A stretch of DNA of 64,000 bases from Squalus acanthias (taxonomy: Eukaryota), in the NCBI GenBank assembly GCA_030390025.1, contig CM059433.1:3472001-3536000 (forward strand), given 5' to 3'. Both the position numbers and the translations under genes were made by a program. Below are positions 58,057 to 64,000 of the stretch, in pieces. Position 1 is the stretch's first letter; every line of letters starts with the position of its first letter. The notes below the pieces were generated by a model. It saw only the letters and a list, made by a program, of their open reading frames with translations, was not told where the DNA came from and did no database searches.

Positions 58057-59033
58057 AGCTCCGATTTTAACTCGGGGCGAGAGGTGAGCATGGGGCTTGC
58101 GGGCCCAGGTGAGAGGCCTCTTAATCACTGGGCCTCCTGACACTATCCTTGGACTGACTCCCGCCCAAATCCTTCAGCAACGACGTGGAAGCCAGCGGGC
58201 GGGAGCAAGAAATACGGCAGCTGCAGGTCATTGCCAGGGAGCCAGGGAAATGGTCCCTGGCAGTCAGGAAAATGTGTCGGGCCTGGGGTGGGGGGTTGCA
58301 GGGGGTGTCTGACAGGGTTCGGGAGAAGGAGAGAGGGAGGAAGTCCAAGGCAAGGGAGGCCCCAAGGTTTCCTTATGGAGCCCGGGGGAGCACTCTTGCT
58401 CCTCTTGGCCCACGAGAAATGTTAAAAAATGTAAAGTAACTTACCTTATCGGTCCTCTTCTAGGCTTGCTCCCACATGGTACAGGAAACTTTCTTTTAAC
58501 CGGCACCCAAATAACCGGAAATCTCTCTTAACCGGCAAAATTCTTGAGTAGGTAACCGGGGTTTTCCTTCATCTCTCCTTTAAAAATAACTTTAAAAATG
58601 ACCCCAAGGCGTTTGCCTTGTATCGGAGCATGTAGATTGGGAGGGGAATGTGCAGCCCGGGTAGGCAGCGGACACGACAGATGGTCAGCTGGCGGTCCCC
58701 GGGGAGACGGAGCTCCGAATGCAGGCGCATGTCAGTGTGTACGGGACTCTCGTACATTGGGAGATATAACTCTCCATTATCCGGACTTTTTGATTAACCG
58801 GCACCACGCCGGTCCCGTCGGTGCCGGTTAATAAAGAGTTTCCTGTACCAAGCTTCCCTGACGAGGCAAACGCATGACTGCGTATTATAATCTAGTCGGA
58901 GTGCGATTGACGGTGAGGGCCTCACACCCCTCCTTAAACCCGGGATTTAAAATTACCACCAGTGAAACGCTGGACGCTGGCAGTACACTGCTTCTATTTT
59001 AACCTCTCACATGGGTGGGGTTAAAATCGTCCC
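58057..59033. mobile_element. MITE-like element hosting a nested Tc1/mariner-pogo MITE
   Basis: Ends CGATTTTAAC (58062-58071) / GTTAAAATCG (59020-59029). Confidence 0.55.
58482..58845. mobile_element. Tc1/mariner-pogo (Tigger-like) MITE
   Basis: 26-bp TIR CAGGAAACTTTCTTTTAACCGGCACC / GGTGCCGGTTAATAAAGAGTTTCCTG (23 of 26 match). TA TSD at 58480-58481 and 58846-58847. Confidence 0.88.
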
Positions 59034-59106
59034 TAATGTCAAGCATAGACAATGTCCCAAGACAACTCATAGAGGAGCAATGGGTGCGGAGCAGTACTGG
59101 AAGAGT

Positions 59107-59330
59107 TAGAAAAAGAAAGAAAGACTTGCATTTCTATAGCGCCTTTCACGACCACCGGACGTCTCCAAGCGCTTTACAGCCAATGAAGTACTTTTGAAGT
59201 GGAGTCACTGTTGTAATGTGGGAAACGCGGCAGCCAATCTGTGCACAGCAAGCTCCCACAAACAGCAATGTGATAATGACCAGAGAATCTGTTTTCAGTG
59301 ATGTTGATTGAGGGATAGATATTGACCAGG
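59107..59330 (-). mobile_element. DeuSINE 3' portion
   Basis: Reverse complement of 41270-41490. Confidence 0.85.
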
Positions 59331-60996
59331 AGTTGGCGTGACCAGTAGCATGGTTGAAAAATTAGTTTTTCAGGATGATCTGAAAGGTGGGAAAAAGGTA
59401 GCAAGGGTACAGGGAGGGAGTACGTGAGAGTATGGTCAATACATCTGAAGACTCTGCCACTGATGGTGAACTGGAGGGAGGGGAATGCAGAGGAGGCCAG
59501 AAGCAGAGGACTGAAGGGCACTGGCAGGATATACGCCTAGAGGAGATTGCACTAGGGCAACCCCATAGAGGGATTTGTAATTTAAGACGGGTTGATAGAT
59601 GAGTGGGACTTACTGCAGGACAGGGTGAAAGTGGCCGAACTTTGGTTGAAATGGAGTTTGTGAAGAGTGCAGCCAGAGGCAGACATGGAGGGTAAAGAAG
59701 AAATCAAGTCAAAAGGTAGCAAAAGCATGGGTGAGAGTTTCAGCTGTGGTGAGGATGAGGTCGTGGTATAAAATCTGTTTTTTATTGGAAAGGAAGTTTA
59801 TCTGGATGATTTACCTTTTCAAATATTTGTACCTTAACAGGGTACTACTATCGTTAGTGGTAACAGTTTGGTCAAGATCTGAGATCAGCTTGAACGCCAC
59901 TGTAGTGGCTGTGTTGCAATTGCATTGAACTAAGCTTTTATACCACTTCTGTTCAACCAAGTCCACTTTTGTGTCAGAGAATAAATATTAAGTAGTGCAT
60001 TAATATCAATTTGTCATTCCTGAACAGACCCGACACCAAGCAGCGGGTCAGCCAATTTAGATAGTTAAAAGCTTGTTAAAAGGTAGTTAAGCAGGATTTT
60101 GCCATGTACTTAACATTTTACCAGCTTTTTCACGAGTTTCCCGGCGCACGGGGATCATGTCAGGTAAGTAGGTCGGGTGTTGTGTCAGCATGGAATGATT
60201 TACTAATCTGACAGCTGCAAATGGTCTATGAAAGCTCCCATTTCATAGCTGTTCACTTTCCACGGTCAGAAGCTGTTGCTTACTGCATTTGGAAGACAGA
60301 TTGAGCTTTATGCAGCTTGCAAGTGTTTGGAGTAAACTCTCTATCCAGTGTTACCTCATTGGAACCAGCTCTCTCACCATTGACAGATCGCTTCGGTCAT
60401 CTCAACCTCACCTGCCATCTATTCTATCAGCATCGGTGCCCTTGAAAAAATCTCACCTTGGTCCTCAGAATCCCAACATGATCAGCCCCAACACCAGCAT
60501 CACTGGACACACCAGCAGCACCAACATCAACACCAACCTTCTCCGCAATCAGCTGATGCTGCACTGGACACAGGGCATCAGCACCCGTGCACATTGCTGC
60601 CCGGGACGCCAGCGATGGCCTCACCATGTCCAGATTTACTTCACTTAACACTGTATACTCTGGCTGCCACATGATGCACCAGGTTGGCACCACCCCACAC
60701 CAGCACCATAAAGCATCCCTGCAATATCCAAGCCATTTCTTTCACACTCATCACCATTGGGGGGGGGTGGGGGGTTAACATTATGTCTTACCATTCACTG
60801 GAACTCACTAAGACACTTCCAAAGGTGCACACAAATCTGTCCAAGAACACAAAGGGCTGGATTTTGTCATTGGGGGCGGGCTGGGGGCGTGTCAGGTGGT
60901 CGTCGTGTCAAGATCCCGACTCCGATGTAAAGTGGGAAAAAAGTTTGATTTTTCCCTAATTGGGCACTTGATTTCCAGCGTGTGGGAACCCCTGGC

Positions 60997-61058
60997 CCAA
61001 TGAGCCTTTTCATACAGAAACTCACCTCCGATGACGTCATCAATGCTGCTGGATTTAA
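60997..61058 (+). promoter_or_regulatory. Putative promoter of the Myb/SANT-like gene
   Basis: CCAAT at 60997-61001, CRE palindrome TGACGTCA at 61032-61039 and TATA-like TTTAA at 61054-61058, about 80 bp upstream of the ATG. A GC box (GGGCGG) lies near the TIR. Confidence 0.4.
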
Positions 61059-61134
61059 GGCCTGCAAGCAGCCTTGCTTCTTCTTCAGCTTTTCAACTTT
61101 GCGTCCATTGTTCTGAGTGATTCCTTCTGCAAAT

Positions 61135-63137
61135 ATGTCCAGCACTAGACCAAAGTGTGCACCCAGATTCGATGAGGCCTCCCTCCAAGCTCTGGTGGAG
61201 GGAGCAAGAGCAAACAAGGAGGTGCTCTTCCCTTCCTCGGGCAGGACAAAGCCTCCACAACAGACTAAAGCTGTGTGGCTGCAAGTGGCACAGGAGGTCA
61301 ATGTTATTTCTATGTGTAGCAGAACCTGGCTGCAGTGCAGGAAGAGGTTTCATGACCTTCTCCGCACAGGAAATGTGAGTATTACATTCTCATCACCCTC
61401 AATCTGATCCCCATTGCCTCTCATCACCAGCACTCTGCTTTGTCAACCTCCTCCTGCACATCCCACTTCACCCTTACATCCCTACACCCTTACCCATTCC
61501 ATCTCTATGTTCGCATTCACTGAAATATTCGACTATGCAGCCCTCACACTCCCTATCACTGTGATGCAATGCCAACAACTTACAGCACACAGGGAGGGCC
61601 CTTGGTCTTGGCACCTCACTCCATCTTTGTGTCCTTCTAAGCATCTATGCTATGGATTCTCTACACTCACTCCTTCATTCTCACTCAAACTCCACTTGTC
61701 TCCCTCATTGCAGGAAAAGAGAGCCCACAATAAGAGGGAGAGGACGAGGACAGGAGGAGGGCCACCCTCAATAGCCCAGCTCACCAATGCAGAGGAGGCG
61801 GCCCTGGAGATCGTGGGAGTGGAAGACGATGCGCAAGTGGGGGACGGACAGACGGGCGCATCACAGCAAGCTGGTGACAGAATAGTTTTGCATCTCTTTC
61901 ATTGACATTGCATGAGTGACTGATAATGATTCTGATGCTCTAACAGGTTGACTTATGATCATCTGCAATATTCAATGTGCATGCAACCTTTATCTCACAT
62001 CTCTAACTCTTTCTTTACTCCCCCACAGGACCATCGAAAGCCCCCATCCCCACTGTCCAGGAGGAACAGCCTGAGCCCCCAGACTCCTCAGAGGAAGCTG
62101 CAACCTCTGAGGGCGCAGCGTCAGCAGAATTCAGCGCACCCAGCACCAGCGCAGACACTCACACCTCAGTGGGACCTTCACGAGATAGAGTAGAGTTTTC
62201 ACCTGGTGTATCACAGATCACAAGTGAGCATCAGCAGATGGTGGAGACAGGGAAAGCAGTGGAGAGTCCTCGTCGGAGAGCGCAGGACTCTCCCAGCTCG
62301 GCTCCGCTGCATGTCGACCCTGTGCCTCCGGGTCCATCCAGAAGAAGAGCGGTGCTGGAACTCCAGGAACAGGTGCAGGAGTCTCTGGCAGGTTTTGTCT
62401 CCAGGGTCGCCGCGAGTGTGGAGCCAATGGAAGAGTCTATCGCGAACATGAGCAGAGCCTTTGTGGAGGCATTGGCGCATGAACGCTTCACCACGGAAAG
62501 GATGGCAACCTGCGTGCAAAGGATGGCTACCTCCATGGTAAGGCTGGCTACCATAGAGGAGAGGATGGCTACGGTAGAGAAGAGGATGGCTACGGCCATG
62601 GAGGAGCTTAGTCGCCAGGGTATTGAAAACATGGTGATTGTTCAGAATAGACTGACATCTCTTGAGGAGCGATGGTCAGCTATTGAACAGAGAAACCAGA
62701 CCTTCATGGAAGTCCTCTGGAGTAGGACTTCCAGTGCAGAAACGGGTCCTCATGGCCCCCCTGAAGTGCAGCAAGGTGCTGTCAAGCCACTTGCTAGCTC
62801 TGAAGTGGGGCTGACCCATGAGAGGGATGTTGGTGGCAGAGAACAAGGAAGTGGGGGCTCCTCTCCAAGCGCTCACATGACCATGCCACTGCAGAGCCCT
62901 CGGTCAGAGCCCTACCAGAGTCCTCACCCAACTGAGAATGGCGTCTCAGCCCCTGCACAGCCGCAGGAGCAGCAGACTGTTGCTGAGCCCTCACAGGCTC
63001 GCAACCCCAGAGGACGCCCGCCAAAGGTGTCAAGACAGGAGCAGCAAGAAAGTGAGCAAGGGGCCTCCACATCTGCTGAAGCCACAGGGGAAGCACCATA
63101 TAGGAGCACGCGTAAGAGGAAGATAAAGCACAAGTAG
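61135..63137 (+). CDS. Harbinger Myb/SANT-like DNA-binding protein, 3 exons (61135-61374, 61714-61873, 62029-63137), about 502 aa, uninterrupted
   Basis: Exon 1 has the APRF...LV......LF...W..VA..V......RTW.QCRKRF.DL SANT/Myb (MSANTD-like) motif. Donors GTGAGT and GTGACA; acceptors TTGCAG and CCACAG. Intron phases 0 and 1 join in frame (1509 nt). Basic C-terminus RSTRKRKIKHK. Confidence 0.82.
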
Positions 63138-63395
63138 TCACAAGGGTAGTCACTTGGGTGTTCTGCTGTGTTTATTTTTGAAAAGCCATCCGTGAATTGT
63201 GATGATAAACAAATTTGATGGCAAACTGTTGAAGTTGTGGCCTGTGTCATTTCGCAAATGGGGCATCCACATTGCGGCCTTAGGGCGACTTGCAATTGTC
63301 AGTATGGTGGTCAGAGTGATAGGAATCCGCAGGTTCTTTGCCATTGTCGATGCTCTGGTAAGAAGGTGCGAGGCAAAAGTGTTTGATTGTGCAGG

Positions 63396-63665
63396 CTAAG
63401 CAAATCTGGCCAAGCTGAGTGCGTCCCTTGCATCCCGGGCAGCAATGTGCTCGCATGCTGGTGCCGCTGGTTGATGTGCCTCCGTAACCTGTTCATTGTC
63501 GGTGTCCTCCTCCTCCTCCTCATCTGAGGAGGCTATGCGATCAGCCACTTGTACCTCAGACAGCTGCAAGCCACAATGCTGTGCCATTTTGTGCAGTGCA
63601 CAGCAGACCACGACGATTCTGGGAACCCTGGCTGCTGAGTACTGCAGGGCTCCACCTGATCTATC
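63396..63665 (-). pseudogene. Harbinger transposase C-terminal remnant
   Basis: DRSGGALQYSAARVPRIVVVCCALH...HIAARDARDALSLARFA*, homologous to 241-522. Homology stops at about 63665. Confidence 0.88.
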
Positions 63666-63675
63666 AATAGTGGTC

Positions 63676-64000
63676 ATGATGCGGAGATGCCAGCGTTGGA
63701 CTGGGGTGGACAAAAATGAGAAGTCGCACAACACCAGGTTATAGTCCAACAGATTTATTTAAAATTACAAGCTTTCGGAGCTATCCTGCCCCTTCTTCAG
63801 GTAAAGTTACTGTGAGAGAATCTACAAGAATTCACAGAATATAAACACAGAGAAAATGCAGAGATTCAATCTTTCCCTACATCAAAGACACACTAAGAGC
63901 ACAGCCAAGACAATGAGATGTGTCCCAGGGGGTCCAACATGTCAAAACACCTGCTGGCTGCATATCCTCTCCATTTGGGTTTGTTTTTTGTGTTTGTTTC
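63676..64000 (-). mobile_element. Penelope-like pLTR fragment (runs off the right edge)
   Basis: Reverse complement of about 17350-17637. Confidence 0.8.
63765..63804 (-). ncRNA. Minimal type I hammerhead ribozyme motif
   Basis: Minus strand reads UUAC-CUGAAGA-A-GGGGC(AGGAUA)GCUCC-GAAA-GC-UU-GUAA. Stem I UUAC/GUAA. Confidence 0.75.

Larger units (their letters stand above)
60854..63665. mobile_element. PIF/Harbinger DNA transposon, copy 2 (inverted relative to copy 1; transposase interrupted by a Penelope-like element)
   Basis: Starts GGGCTGGATTTTGTCATTGGGGGCGGG at 60854. Colinear with the reverse complement of 241-3020. Confidence 0.93.

Overview
Eukaryotic, repeat-dominated vertebrate DNA. 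The repeat families (DeuSINE/SacSINE1-like SINE, several CR1 subfamilies, RTE, Penelope-like elements, PIF/Harbinger transposons and MITEs) suggest a cartilaginous fish; this is an inference from recall, not a database result. No host protein-coding gene is recognisable, so the window looks intergenic or deep-intronic. It is bracketed by two inverted copies of one PIF/Harbinger transposon. The left copy is decayed. The right copy keeps an apparently intact 3-exon, ~502-aa Myb/SANT-like gene. The centre holds a 13.4-kb array of a 33-bp unit that runs directly into the body of a DeuSINE and has kb-scale higher-order repeats. Five minimal type I hammerhead ribozyme motifs lie in Penelope-like remnants, three with compensatory stem changes, and one is split by a MITE inserted at its cleavage triplet. 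Other content: a near full-length RTE LINE with a 31-bp target duplication nested in a CR1, many TIR-bounded MITEs, and long (TC)n, (GT/GA)n and polypurine tracts. The long ORFs in the tandem repeats are artefacts.
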